In this document: one piece after another, positions 1 to 14,699 of the stretch
Layout of the letters: each line of letters begins with the position of its first letter
Numbering within the stretch: position 1 is the stretch's first letter
Source: Eledone cirrhosa
Lineage: Eukaryota
Length of the DNA stretch: 64,000 nt
NCBI GenBank assembly: GCA_964016885.1
Contig: OZ024754.1
Span: 34,968,001-35,032,000, forward strand
Direction of reading: 5' to 3'
Made by a program: the position numbers and the translations under genes
Notes under the pieces: generated by a model
What the model saw: the letters and a program-made list of their open reading frames with translations, nothing else
Databases searched by the model: none
What the model was told of the DNA's origin: nothing

Positions 1-3000
1 AGAATGTAGATGAAGTGTATATAGAAAGAAACTAAAGAATGTTGATGAAGTGTATATAGAAAGAAACTAAAGAATGTTGATGAAGTGTATACAGAAAGAA
101 ACTAAAGAATGTAGATGAAGTGTATATAGAAAGAAACTAAAGAATGTAGATGAAGTGTATATAGAAAGAAACTAAAGAATGTTGATGAAGTGTCTACAGA
201 AAGAAACTAAAGAATGTTGATGAAGTGTATATAGAAAGAAACTAAAGAATGTTGATGAAGTGTCTACAGAAAGAAACTAAAGAATGTTGATGAAGTGTCT
301 ACAGAAAGAAACTAAAGAATGTTGATGAAGTGTCTACAGAAAGAAACTAAAGAATGTTGATGAAGTGTATATAGAAAGAAACTAAAGAATGTAGATGAAG
401 TGTATACAGAAAGAAACTAAAGAATGTTGATGAAGTGTATATAGAAAGAAACTAAAGAATGTAGATGAAGTGTATATAGAAAGAAACTAAAGAACGTTGA
501 TGAAGTGTATACAGAATGAAACTAAAGAATGTTGATGAAGTGTATATAGAAAGAAACTAAAGAATGTTGATGAAGTGTATACAGAAAGAAACTAAAGAAT
601 GTAGATGAAGTGTATACAGAAAGAAACTAAAGAATGTTGATGAAGTGTATACAGAAAGAAACTAAAGAATGTAGATGAAGTGTATATAGAAAGAAACTAA
701 AGAATGTTGATGAAGTGTATACAGAATGAAACTAAAGAATGTAGATGAAGTGTATATAGAAAGAAACTAAAGAAAGTTGATGAAGTGTATATAGAAAGAA
801 ACTAAAGAATGTTGATGAAGTGTCTACAGAAAGAAACTAAAGAATGTAGATGAAGTGTATATAGAAAGAAACTAAAGAATGTAGATGAAGTGTATATAGA
901 AAGAAACTAAAGAATGTTGATGAAGTGTCTACAGAAAGAAACTAAAGAATGTTGATGAAGTGTATATAGAAAGAAACTAAAGAATGTTGATGAAGTGTCT
1001 ACAGAAAGAAACTAAAGAATGTTGATGAAGTGTATATAGAAAGAAACTAAAGAATGTTGATGAAGTGTCTACAGAAAGAAACTAAAGAATGTTGATGAAG
1101 TGTATATAGAAAGAAACTAAAGAATGTTGATGAAGTGTCTACAGAAGGAAACTAAAGAATGTAGATGTAGTGTATACAGAAAGAAACTAAAGAATGTAGA
1201 TGAAGTGTATACAGAAAGAAACTAAAGAATGTAGATGAAGTGTATACAGAAAGAAACTAAAGAATGTTGATGAAGTGTATACAGAAAGAAACTAAAGAAT
1301 GTAGATGAAGTGTATATAGAAAGAAACTAAAGAATGTTGATGAAGTGTATACAGAAAGAAACTAAACAATGTTGATGAAGTGTATATAGAAAGAAACTAA
1401 AGAATGTTGATGAAGTGTATATAGAAAGAAACTAAAAATGTAGATGAAGTGTATACAGAAAGAAACTAAAGAATGTAGATGAAGTGTATACAGAAAGAAA
1501 CTAAAGAATGTAGATGAAGTGTATACAGAAAGAAACTAAAGAATGTTGATGAAGTGTATATAGAAAGAAACTAAAGAATGTTGATGAACTGTATACAGAA
1601 TGAAACTAAAGAATGTTGATGAAGTGTATATAGAAAGAAACTAAAGAATGTAGATGAAGTGTATACAGAATGAAACTAAAGAATGTTGATGAAGTGTATA
1701 TAGAAAGAAACTAAAGAATGTAGATGAAGTGTATACAGAAAGAATCTAAATAATGTTGATGAAGTGTATATAGAAAAAAACTAAAGAATGTTGATGAAGT
1801 GTATACAGAAAAAAACTAAAGAATGTAGATGAAGTCTATATAGAAAGAAACTAAAGAATGTTGATGAAGTGTATATAGAAAGAAACTAAAGAATGTAAAT
1901 GAAGTGTATATAGAAAGAAACTAAAGAATGTTGATGAAGTGTATACAGAATGAAACTAAAGAATGTAGATGAAGTGTATATAGAAAGAAACTAAAGAATG
2001 TTGATGAAGTGTATACAGAAAGAAACTAAAGAATGTAGATGAAGTGTATATAGAAAGAAACTAAAGAATGTTGATGAAGTGTATACAGAATGAAACTAAA
2101 GAATGTAGATGAAGTGTCTATAGAATGAAACTAAAGAATGTAGATGAAGTGTATACAGAAAGAAACTAAAGAACGTAGATGAAGTGTATACAGAAAGAAA
2201 CTAAAGAACGTAGATGAAGTGTATACAGAAAGAAACTAAAGAATGTTGATGAAGTCTATATAGAAAGAAACTAAAGAATATAGATGAAGTGTATATAGAA
2301 AGAAACTAAAGAATGTTGATGAAGTGTATACAGAAAGAAACTAAAGAATGTTGATGAAGTGTATATAGAAATAAACTAAAGAATGTAGATGAAGTGTATA
2401 TAGAAAGAAACTAAAGAATGTAGATGAAGTGTATATAGAAAGAAACTAAAGAATGTAGATGAAGTGTATATAGAAAGAAACTAAAGAATGTAGATGAAGT
2501 GTATATAGAAAGAAACTAAAGAATGTAGATGATGTGTATATAGAAAGAAACTAAAGAATGTAGATGAAGTGTATATAGAAAGAAACTAAAGAATGTTGAT
2601 GAAGTGTCTACAGAAAGAAACTAAAGAATGTTGATGAAGTGTATACAGAAAGAAACTAAAGAATGTAGATGAAGTGTATATAGAAAGAAACTAAAGAATG
2701 TAGATTAAGTGTATATAGAAAGAAACTAAAGTATGTTGATGAAGTGTCTACAGAAAGAAACTAAAGAATGTTGATGAAGTGTGTACAGAAAGAAACTAAA
2801 GAATGTAGATGAAGTGTATATAGAAAGAAACTAAAGAATGTGGATGAAGTGTATACAGAAAGAAACTAAAGAATGTTGATGAAGTGTCTACAGAAAGAAA
2901 CTAAAGAATGTTGATGAAGTGTATACAGAAAGAAACTAAAGAATGTAGATGAAGTGTATATAGAAAGAAACTAAAGAATGTTGATGAAGTGCATATAGAA

Positions 3001-6000
3001 AGAAACTAAAGAATGTTGATGAAGTGTATACAGAAAGAAACTAAAGAATGTAGATGAAGTGTATATAGAAAGAAACTAAAGAATGTTGATGAAGTGTATA
3101 CAGAAAGAAACTAAAGAATGTAGATGAAGTGTATATAGAAAGAAACTAAAGAATGTTGATGAAGTGTATATAGAAAGAAACTAAAGAATGTTGATGAAGT
3201 GTATACAGAAAGAAACTAAAGAATGTAGATGAAGTGTATATAGAAAGAAACTAAAGAATGTAGATGAAGTGTATATAGAAAGAAACTAAAGAATGTTGAT
3301 GAAGTGTCTACAGAAAGAAACTAAAGAATGTTGATGAAGTGTATATAGAAAGAAACTAAAGAATGTTGATGAAGTGTCTACAGAAAGAAACTAAAGAATG
3401 TTGATGAAGTGTCTACAGAAAGAAACTAAAGAATGTTGATGAAGTGTCTACAGAAAGAAACTAAAGAATGTTGATGAAGTGTATATAGAAAGAAACTAAA
3501 GAATGTAGATGAAGTGTATACAGAAAGAAACTAAAGAATGTTGATGAAGTGTATATAGAAAGAAACTAAAGAATGTAGATGAAGTGTATATAGAAAGAAA
3601 CTAAAGAACGTTGATGAAGTGTATACAGAATGAAACTAAAGAATGTTGATGAAGTGTATATAGAAAGAAACTAAAGAATGTTGATGAAGTGTATACAGAA
3701 AGAAACTAAAGAATGTAGATGAAGTGTATACAGAAAGAAACTAAAGAATGTTGATGAAGTGTATACAGAAAGAAACTAAAGAATGTAGATGAAGTGTATA
3801 TAGAAAGAAACTAAAGAATGTTGATGAAGTGTATACAGAATGAAACTAAAGAATGTAGATGAAGTGTATATAGAAAGAAACTAAAGAAAGTTGATGAAGT
3901 GTATATAGAAAGAAACTAAAGAATGTTGATGAAGTGTCTACAGAAAGAAACTAAAGAATGTAGATGAAGTGTATATAGAAAGAAACTAAAGAATGTAGAT
4001 GAAGTGTATATAGAAAGAAACTAAAGAATGTTGATGAAGTGTCTACAGAAAGAAACTAAAGAATGTTGATGAAGTGTATATAGAAAGAAACTAAAGAATG
4101 TTGATGAAGTGTCTACAGAAAGAAACTAAAGAATGTTGATGAAGTGTATATAGAAAGAAACTAAAGAATGTTGATGAAGTGTCTACAGAAAGAAACTAAA
4201 GAATGTTGATGAAGTGTATATAGAAAGAAACTAAAGAATGTTGATGAAGTGTCTACAGAAGGAAACTAAAGAATGTAGATGTAGTGTATACAGAAAGAAA
4301 CTAAAGAATGTAGATGAAGTGTATACAGAAAGAAACTAAAGAATGTAGATGAAGTGTATACAGAAAGAAACTAAAGAATGTTGATGAAGTGTATACAGAA
4401 AGAAACTAAAGAATGTAGATGAAGTGTATATAGAAAGAAACTAAAGAATGTTGATGAAGTGTATACAGAAAGAAACTAAACAATGTTGATGAAGTGTATA
4501 TAGAAAGAAACTAAAGAATGTTGATGAAGTGTATATAGAAAGAAACTAAAAATGTAGATGAAGTGTATACAGAAAGAAACTAAAGAATGTAGATGAAGTG
4601 TATACAGAAAGAAACTAAAGAATGTAGATGAAGTGTATACAGAAAGAAACTAAAGAATGTTGATGAAGTGTATATAGAAAGAAACTAAAGAATGTTGATG
4701 AACTGTATACAGAATGAAACTAAAGAATGTTGATGAAGTGTATATAGAAAGAAACTAAAGAATGTAGATGAAGTGTATACAGAATGAAACTAAAGAATGT
4801 TGATGAAGTGTATATAGAAAGAAACTAAAGAATGTAGATGAAGTGTATACAGAAAGAATCTAAATAATGTTGATGAAGTGTATATAGAAAAAAACTAAAG
4901 AATGTTGATGAAGTGTATACAGAAAAAAACTAAAGAATGTAGATGAAGTCTATATAGAAAGAAACTAAAGAATGTTGATGAAGTGTATATAGAAAGAAAC
5001 TAAAGAATGTAAATGAAGTGTATATAGAAAGAAACTAAAGAATGTTGATGAAGTGTATACAGAATGAAACTAAAGAATGTAGATGAAGTGTATATAGAAA
5101 GAAACTAAAGAATGTTGATGAAGTGTATACAGAAAGAAACTAAAGAATGTAGATGAAGTGTATATAGAAAGAAACTAAAGAATGTTGATGAAGTGTATAC
5201 AGAATGAAACTAAAGAATGTAGATGAAGTGTCTATAGAATGAAACTAAAGAATGTTGATGAAGTGTATACAGAAAGAAACTAAAGAATGTAGATGAAGTG
5301 TATATAGAAAGAAACTAAAGAATGTAGATGTAGTGTATACAGAAAGAAACTAAAGAATGTAGATGAAGTGTATACAGAAAGAAACTAAAGAATGTAGATG
5401 AAGTGTATATAGAAAGAAACTAAAGAATGTTGATGAAGTGTATATAGAAAGAAACTAAAGAATGTTGATGAAGTGTCTACAGAAAGAAACTAAAGAATGT
5501 AGATGAAGTGTATATAGAAAGAAACTAAAGAATGTAGATGAAGTGTATATAGAAAGAAACTAAAGAATGTTGATGAAGTGTCTACAGAAAGAAACTAAAG
5601 AATGTTGATGAAGTGTATATAGAAAGAAACTAAAGAATGTTGATGAAGTGTCTACAGAAAGAAACTAAAGAATGTAGATGAAGTGTATATAGAAAGAAAC
5701 TAAAGAATGTTGATGAAGTGTCTACAGAAAGAAACTAAAGAATGTAGATGAAGTGTATATAGAAAGAAACTAAAGAATGTAGATGAAGTGTATATAGAAA
5801 GAAACTAAAGAATGTAGATGATGTGTATATAGAAAGAAACTAAAGAATGTAGATGAAGTGTATATAGAAAGAAACTAAAGAATGTTGATGAAGTGTCTAC
5901 AGAAAGAAACTAAAGAATGTTGATGAAGTGTATACAGAAAGAAACTAAAGAATGTAGATGAAGTGTATATAGAAAGAAACTAAAGAATGTAGATTAAGTG

Positions 6001-8950
6001 TATATAGAAAGAAACTAAAGTATGTTGATGAAGTGTCTACAGAAAGAAACTAAAGAATGTTGATGAAGTGTGTACAGAAAGAAACTAAAGAATGTAGATG
6101 AAGTGTATATAGAAAGAAACTAAAGAATGTGGATGAAGTGTATACAGAAAGAAACTAAAGAATGTTGATGAAGTGTCTACAGAAAGAAACTAAAGAATGT
6201 TGATGAAGTGTATACAGAAAGAAACTAAAGAATGTAGATGAAGTGTATATAGAAAGAAACTAAAGAATGTTGATGAAGTGCATATAGAAAGAAACTAAAG
6301 AATGTTGATGAAGTGTATACAGAAAGAAACTAAAGAATGTAGATGAAGTGTATATAGAAAGAAACTAAAGAATGTTGATGAAGTGTATACAGAAAGAAAC
6401 TAAAGAATGTAGATGAAGTGTATATAGAAAGAAACTAAAGAATGTTGATGAAGTGTATATAGAAAGAAACTAAAGAATGTTGATGAAGTGTATACAGAAA
6501 GAAACTAAAGAATGTAGATGAAGTGTATATAGAAAGAAACTAAAGAATGTAGATGAAGTGTATATAGAAAGAAACTAAAGAATGTTGATGAAGTGTCTAC
6601 AGAAAGAAACTAAAGAATGTTGATGAAGTGTATATAGAAAGAAACTAAAGAATGTTGATGAAGTGTCTACAGAAAGAAACTAAAGAATGTTGATGAAGTG
6701 TCTACAGAAAGAAACTAAAGAATGTTGATGAAGTGTCTACAGAAAGAAACTAAAGAATGTTGATGAAGTGTATATAGAAAGAAACTAAAGAATGTAGATG
6801 AAGTGTATACAGAAAGAAACTAAAGAATGTTGATGAAGTGTATATAGAAAGAAACTAAAGAATGTAGATGAAGTGTATATAGAAAGAAACTAAAGAACGT
6901 TGATGAAGTGTATACAGAATGAAACTAAAGAATGTTGATGAAGTGTATATAGAAAGAAACTAAAGAATGTTGATGAAGTGTATACAGAAAGAAACTAAAG
7001 AATGCAGATGAAGTGTATACAGAAAGAAACTAAAGAATGTTGATGAAGTGTATACAGAAAGAAACTAAAGAATGTAGATGAAGTGTATATAGAAAGAAAC
7101 TAAAGAATGTTGATGAAGTGTATACAGAATGAAACTAAAGAATGTAGATGAAGTGTATATAGAAAGAAACTAAAGAAAGTTGATGAAGTGTATATAGAAA
7201 GAAACTAAAGAATGTTGATGAAGTGTCTACAGAAAGAAACTAAAGAATGTAGATGAAGTGTATATAGAAAGAAACTAAAGAATGTAGATGAAGTGTATAT
7301 AGAAAGAAACTAAAGAATGTTGATGAAGTGTCTACAGAAAGAAACTAAAGAATGTTGATGAAGTGTATATAGAAAGAAACTAAAGAATGTTGATGAAGTG
7401 TCTACAGAAAGAAACTAAAGAATGTTGATGAAGTGTATATAGAAAGAAACTAAAGAATGTTGATGAAGTGTCTACAGAAAGAAACTAAAGAATGTTGATG
7501 AAGTGTATATAGAAAGAAACTAAAGAATGTTGATGAAGTGTCTACAGAAGGAAACTAAAGAATGTAGATGTAGTGTATACAGAAAGAAACTAAAGAATGT
7601 AGATGAAGTGTATACAGAAAGAAACTAAAGAATGTAGATGAAGTGTATACAGAAAGAAACTAAAGAATGTTGATGAAGTGTATACAGAAAGAAACTAAAG
7701 AATGTAGATGAAGTGTATATAGAAAGAAACTAAAGAATGTTGATGAAGTGTATACAGAAAGAAACTAAACAATGTTGATGAAGTGTATATAGAAAGAAAC
7801 TAAAGAATGTTGATGAAGTGTATATAGAAAGAAACTAAAGAATGTAGATGAAGTGTATACAGAAAGAAACTAAAGAATGTAGATGAAGTGTATACAGAAA
7901 GAAACTAAAGAATGTAGATGAAGTGTATACAGAAAGAAACTAAAGAATGTTGATGAAGTGTATATAGAAAGAAACTAAAGAATGTTGATGAACTGTATAC
8001 AGAATGAAACTAAAGAATGTTGATGAAGTGTATATAGAAAGAAACTAAAGAATGTTGATGAACTGTATACAGAATGAAACTAAAGAATGTTGATGAAGTG
8101 TATATAGAAAGAAACTAAAGAATGTAGATGAAGTGTATACAGAATGAAACTAAAGAATGTTGATGAAGTGTATATAGAAAGAAACTAAAGAATGTAGATG
8201 AAGTGTATACAGAAAGAATCTAAATAATGTTGATGAAGTGTATATAGAAAAAAACTAAAGAATGTTGATGAAGTGTATACAGAAAAAAACTAAAGAATGT
8301 AGATGAAGTCTATATAGAAAGAAACTAAAGAATGTTGATGAAGTGTATATAGAAAGAAACTAAAGAATGTAAATGAAGTGTATATAGAAAGAAACTAAAG
8401 AATGTTGATGAAGTGTATACAGAATGAAACTAAAGAATGTAGATGAAGTGTATATAGAAAGAAACTAAAGAATGTTGATGAAGTGTATACAGAAAGAAAC
8501 TAAAGAATGTAGATGAAGTGTATATAGAAAGAAACTAAAGAATGTTGATGAAGTGTATACAGAATGAAACTAAAGAATGTAGACGAAGTGTCTATAGAAT
8601 GAAACTAAAGAATGTTGATGAAGTGTATACAGAAAGAAACTAAAGAATGTAGATGAAGTGTATATAGAAAGAAACTAAAGAATGTAGATGTAGTGTATAC
8701 AGAAAGAAACTAAAGAATGTAGATGAAGTGTATACAGAAAGAAACTAAAGAATGTAGATGAAGTGTATATAGAAAGAAACTAAAGAATGTTGATGAAGTG
8801 TATATAGAAAGAAACTAAACAATGTTGATGAAGTGTCTACAGAAAGAAACTAAAGAATGTAGATGAAGTGTATATAGAAAGAAACTAAAGAATGTAGATG
8901 AAGTGTATATAGAAAGAAACTAAAGAATGTTGATGAAGTGTCTACAGAAA
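1..8950. repeat. Higher-order repeat: about three related ~3.1-3.3-kb copies (offsets of 89 and 94 monomers); boundaries approximate
   Basis: Rare variant AACGTT has its C at 495, 3609 and 6898 (spacings 3114 = 89x35-1 and 3289 = 94x35-1). Co-ordered markers: GAAAGTTG (~771, ~3886, ~7175) and GAATCTAAATAATG (~1742, ~4856, ~8216). The same 1-bp deletion is shared at ~1437 and ~4551. Confidence 0.9.
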
Positions 8951-10559
8951 GAAACTAAAGAATGTTGATGAAGTGTATATAGAAAGAAACTAAAGAATGT
9001 TGATGAAGTGTCTACAGAAAGAAACTAAAGAATGTTGATGAAGTGTATATAGAAAGAAACTAAAGAATGTTGATGAAGTGTCTACAGAAAGAAACTAAAG
9101 AATGTAGATGAAGTGTATATAGAAAGAAACTAAAGAATGTTGATGAAGTGTCTACAGAAAGAAACTAAAGAATGTTGATGAAGTGTATATAGAAAGAAAC
9201 TAAAGAATGTTGATGAAGTGTCTACAGAAAGAAACTAAAGAATGTAGATGAAGTGTATATAGAAAGAAACTAAAGAATGTTGATGAAGTGTCTACAGAAA
9301 GAAACTAAAGAATGTAGATGAAGTGTATATAGAAAGAAACTAAAGAATGTTGATGAAGTGTCTACAGAAAGAAACTAAAGAATGTTGATGAAGTGTATAT
9401 AGAAAGAAACTAAAGAATGTTGATGAAGTGTCTACAGAAAGAAACTAAAGAATGTAGATGAAGTGTATATAGAAAGAAACTAAAGAATGTTGATGAAGTG
9501 TCTACAGAAAGAAACTAAAGAATGTAGATGAAGTGTATATAGAAAGAAACTAAAGAATGTTGATGAAGTGTCTACAGAAAGAAACTAAAGAATGTTGATG
9601 AAGTGTATATAGAAAGAAACTAAAGAATGTTGATGAAGTGTCTACAGAAAGAAACTAAAGAATGTTGATGAAGTGTCTACAGAAAGAAACTAAAGAATGT
9701 TGATGAAGTGTATACAGAATGAAACTAAAGAATGTAGATGAAGTGTATACAGAAAGAAACTAAAGAACGTAGATGAAGTGTATACAGAAAGAAACTAAAG
9801 AATGTTGATGAAGTCTATATAGAAAGAAACTAAAGAATGTAGATGAAGTGTATATAGAAAGAAACTAAAGAATGTTGATGAAGTGTATACAGAAAGAAAC
9901 TAAAGAATGTTGATGAAGTGTATATAGAAATAAACTAAAGAATGTAGATGAAGTGTATATAGAATGAAACAAAAGAATGTAGATGAAGTGTATATAGAAA
10001 GAAACTAAAGAATGTAGAGGAAGTGTATATAGAAAGAAACTAAAGAATGTAGATGAAGTGTATATAGAAAGAAACTAAAGAATGTAGATGAAGTGTATAT
10101 AGAAAGAAACTAAAGAATGTAGATGAAGTGTATATAGAAAGAAACTAAAGAATGTTGATGAAGTGTCTACAGAAAGAAACTAAAGAATGTTGATGAAGTG
10201 TATACAGAAAGAAACTAAAGAATGTAGATGAAGTGTATATAGAAAGAAACTAAAGAATGTAGATGAAGTGTATATAGAAAGAAACTAAAGTATGTTGATG
10301 AAGTGTCTACAGAAAGAAACTAAAGAATGTTGATGAAGTGTATACAGAAAGAAACTAAAGAATGTAGATGAAGTGTATATAGAAAGAAACTAAAGAATGT
10401 TGATGAAGTGTATACAGAAAGAAACTAAAGAATGTTGATGAAGTGTCTACAGAAAGAAACTAAAGAATGTTGATGAAGTATATACAGAAAGAAACTAAAG
10501 AATATAGATGAAGTGTATATAGAAAGAAACTAAAGAATGTTGATGAAGTGCATATAGAA

Positions 10560-13380
10560 AGAAACTAAAGAATGTTGATGAAGTGTATACAGAAAGAAAC
10601 TAAAGAATGTAGATGAAGTGTATATAGAAAGAAACTAAAGAATGTTGATGAAGTGTATACAGAAAGAAACTAAAGAATGTAGATGAAGTGTATATAGAAA
10701 GAAACTAAAGAATGTTGATGAAGTGTATATAGAAAGAAACTAAAGAATGTTGATGAAGTGTCTACAGAAAGAAACTAAAGAATGTTGATGAAGTGTATAT
10801 AGAAAGAAACTAAAGAATGTTGATGAAGTGTCTACAGAAAGAAACTAAAGAATGTTGATGAAGTGTATATAGAAAGAAACTAAAGAATGTTGATGAAGTG
10901 TCTACAGAAAGAAACTAAAGAATGTTGATGAAGTGTATATAGAAAGAAACTAAAGAATGTTGATGAAGTGTCTACAGAAGGAAACTAAAGAATGTTGATG
11001 AAGTGTCTGCAGAAAGAAACTAAAGAATGTTGATGAAGTGTCTACAGAAAGAAACTAAAGAATGTTGATGAAGTGTATATAGAAAGAAACTAAAGAATGT
11101 AGATGAAGTGTATACAGAAAGAAACTAAAGAATGTTGATGAAGTGTATATAGAAAGAAACTAAAGAATGTAGATGAAGTGTATATAGAAAGAAACTAAAG
11201 AATGTTGATGAAGTGTATACAGAATGAAACTAAAGAATGTTGATGAAGTGTATATAGAAAGAAACTAAAGAATGTAGATGAAGTGTCTATAGAATGAAAC
11301 TAAAGAATGTAGATGTAGTGTATACAGAAAGAAACTAAAGAATGTAGATGAAGTGTATACAGAAAGAAACTAAAGAATGTTGATGAAGTGTATACAGAAA
11401 GAAACTAAAGAATGTTGATGAAGTGTATACAGAAAGAAACTAAACAATGTTGATGAAGTGTATATAGAAAGAAACTAAAGAATGTTGATGAAGTGTATAT
11501 AGAAAGAAACTAAAGAATGTTGATGAACTGTATACAGAATGAAACTAAAGAATGTTGATGAAGTGTATATAGAAAGAAACTAAAGAATGTAGATGAAGTG
11601 TATACAGAATGAAACTAAAGAATGTTGATGAAGTGTATATAGAAAGAAACTAAAGAATGTATATGAAGTGTATACAGAAAGAATCTAAAGAATGTTGATG
11701 AAGTGTATATAGAAAAAAACTAAAGAATGTTGATGAAGTGTATACAGAAAGAAACTAAAGAATGTAGATGAAGTCTATATAGAAAGAAACTAAAGAATGT
11801 TGATGAAGTGTATATAGAAAGAAACTAAAGAATGTAAATGAAGTGTATATAGAAAGAAACTAAAGAATGTTGATGAAGTGTATACAGAATGAAATTAAAG
11901 AATGTAGATGAAGTGTATATAGAAGGAAACTAAAGAATGTTGATGAAGTGTATACAGAAAGAAACTAAAGAATGTAGATGAAGTGTATATAGAAAGAAAC
12001 TAAAGAATGTTGATGAAGTGTATACAGAAAGAAACTAAAGAATGTAGATGAAGTGTATATAGAAAGAAACTAAAGAATGTTGATGAAGTGTATATAGAAA
12101 GAAACTAAAGAATGTTGATGAAGTGTCTACAGAAAGAAACTAAAGAATGTTGATGAAGTGTATATAGAAAGAAACTAAAGAATGTTGATGAAGTGTCTAC
12201 AGAAAGAAACTAAAGAATGTTGATGAAGTGTATATAGAAAGAAACTAAAGAATGTTGATGAAGTGTCTACAGAAAGAAACTAAAGAATGTTGATGAAGTG
12301 TATATAGAAAGAAACTAAAGAATGTTGATGAAGTGTCTACAGAAGGAAACTAAAGAATGTTGATGAAGTGTCTGCAGAAAGAAACTAAAGAATGTTGATG
12401 AAGTGTCTACAGAAAGAAACTAAAGAATGTTGATGAAGTGTATATAGAAAGAAACTAAAGAATGTAGATGAAGTGTATACAGAAAGAAACTAAAGAATGT
12501 TGATGAAGTGTATATAGAAAGAAACTAAAGAATGTAGATGAAGTGTATATAGAAAGAAACTAAAGAATGTTGATGAAGTGTATACAGAATGAAACTAAAG
12601 AATGTTGATGAAGTGTATATAGAAAGAAACTAAAGAATGTAGATGAAGTGTCTATAGAATGAAACTAAAGAATGTAGATGTAGTGTATACAGAAAGAAAC
12701 TAAAGAATGTAGATGAAGTGTATACAGAAAGAAACTAAAGAATGTTGATGAAGTGTATACAGAAAGAAACTAAAGAATGTTGATGAAGTGTATACAGAAA
12801 GAAACTAAACAATGTTGATGAAGTGTATATAGAAAGAAACTAAAGAATGTTGATGAAGTGTATATAGAAAGAAACTAAAGAATGTTGATGAACTGTATAC
12901 AGAATGAAACTAAAGAATGTTGATGAAGTGTATATAGAAAGAAACTAAAGAATGTAGATGAAGTGTATACAGAATGAAACTAAAGAATGTTGATGAAGTG
13001 TATATAGAAAGAAACTAAAGAATGTATATGAAGTGTATACAGAAAGAATCTAAAGAATGTTGATGAAGTGTATATAGAAAAAAACTAAAGAATGTTGATG
13101 AAGTGTATACAGAAAGAAACTAAAGAATGTAGATGAAGTCTATATAGAAAGAAACTAAAGAATGTTGATGAAGTGTATATAGAAAGAAACTAAAGAATGT
13201 AAATGAAGTGTATATAGAAAGAAACTAAAGAATGTTGATGAAGTGTATACAGAATGAAACTAAAGAATGTAGATGAAGTGTATATAGAAGGAAACTAAAG
13301 AATGTTGATGAAGTGTATACAGAAAGAAACTAAAGAATGTAGATGAAGTGTATATAGAAAGAAACTAAAGAATGTTGATG
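10560..13380. repeat. Tandem duplication of a 39-monomer (1,365-bp) block; boundaries approximate
   Basis: The private variant GTCTGC has its G at 11009 and 12374, and TGTATATGAAG occurs at ~11661 and ~13026; both offsets are 1365 = 39x35. One mismatch between copies was noted (GAAATTAAAG at 11891). Confidence 0.9.
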
Positions 13381-14699
13381 AAGTGCATACAGAATGAAAC
13401 TAAAGAATGTAGATGAAGTGTCTATAGAATGAAACTAAAGAATGTTGATGAAGTGTATACAGAAAGAAACTAAAGAATGTAGATGAAGTGTATATAGAAA
13501 GAAACTAAAGAATGTAGATGTAGTGTATACAGAAAGAAACTAATGAATGTAGATGAAGTGTATACAGAAAGAAACTAAAGAATGTAGATGAAGTGTATAT
13601 AGAAAGAAACTAAAGAATGTTGATGAAGTGTATATAGAAAGAAACTAAAGAATGTTGATGAAGTGTATACAGAAAGAAACTAAAGAATGTAGATGAAGTG
13701 TCTACAGAAAGAAACTAAAGAATGTAGATGAAGTGTATATAGAAAGAAACTAAAGAATGTAGATGAAGTGTATATAGAAAGAAACTAAAGAATGTTGATG
13801 AAGTGTCTACAGAAAGAAACTAAAGAATGTTGATGAAGTGTATATAGAAAGAAACTAAAGAATGTTGATGAAGTGTCTACAGAAAGAAACTAAAGAATGT
13901 TGATGAAGTGTATATAGAAAGAAACTAAAGAATGTTGATGAAGTGTCTACAGAAAGAAACTAAAGAATGTAGATGAAGTGTATATAGAAAGAAACTAAAG
14001 AATGTTGATGAAGTGTCTACAGAAAGAAACTAAAGAATGTTGACGAAGTGTATATAGAAAGAAACTAAAGAATGTTGATGAAGTGTCTACAGAAAGAAAC
14101 TAAAGAATGTAGATGAAGTGTATATAGAAAGAAACTAAAGAATGTTGATGAAGTGTCTACAGAAAGAAACTAAAGAATGTAGATGAAGTGTATATAGAAA
14201 GAAACTAAAGAATGTTGATGAAGTGTCTACAGAAAGAAACTAAAGAATGTTGATGAAGTGTATATAGAAAGAAATTAAAGAATGTTGATGAAGTGTCTAC
14301 AGAAAGAAACTAAAGAATGTAGATGAAGTGTATATAGAAAGAAACTAAAGAATGTTGATGAAGTGTCTACAGAAAGAAACTAAAGAATGTAGATGAAGTG
14401 TATATAGAAAGAAACTAAAGAATGTTGATGAAGTGTCTACAGAAAGAAACTAAAGAATGTTGATGAAGTGTATATAGAAAGAAACTAAAGAATGTTGATG
14501 AAGTGTCTACAGAAAGAAACTAAAGAATGTTGATGAAGTGTCTACAGAAAGAAACTAAAGAATGTTGATGAAGTGTATACAGAATGAAACTAAAGAATGT
14601 AGATGAAGTGTATACAGAAAGAAACTAAAGAACGTAGATGAAGTGTATACAGAAAGAAACTAAAGAATGTTGATGAAGTCTATATAGAAAGAAACTAAA

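Noticed and set aside
80-95. Palindrome TGTATACA / AccI-type GTMKAC sites and TATATA TATA-like words as regulatory elements
   Set aside because: These are short words produced by the polymorphic sites in an AT-rich repeat, with no adjacent gene or other support. They are useful only as restriction markers for typing the array.
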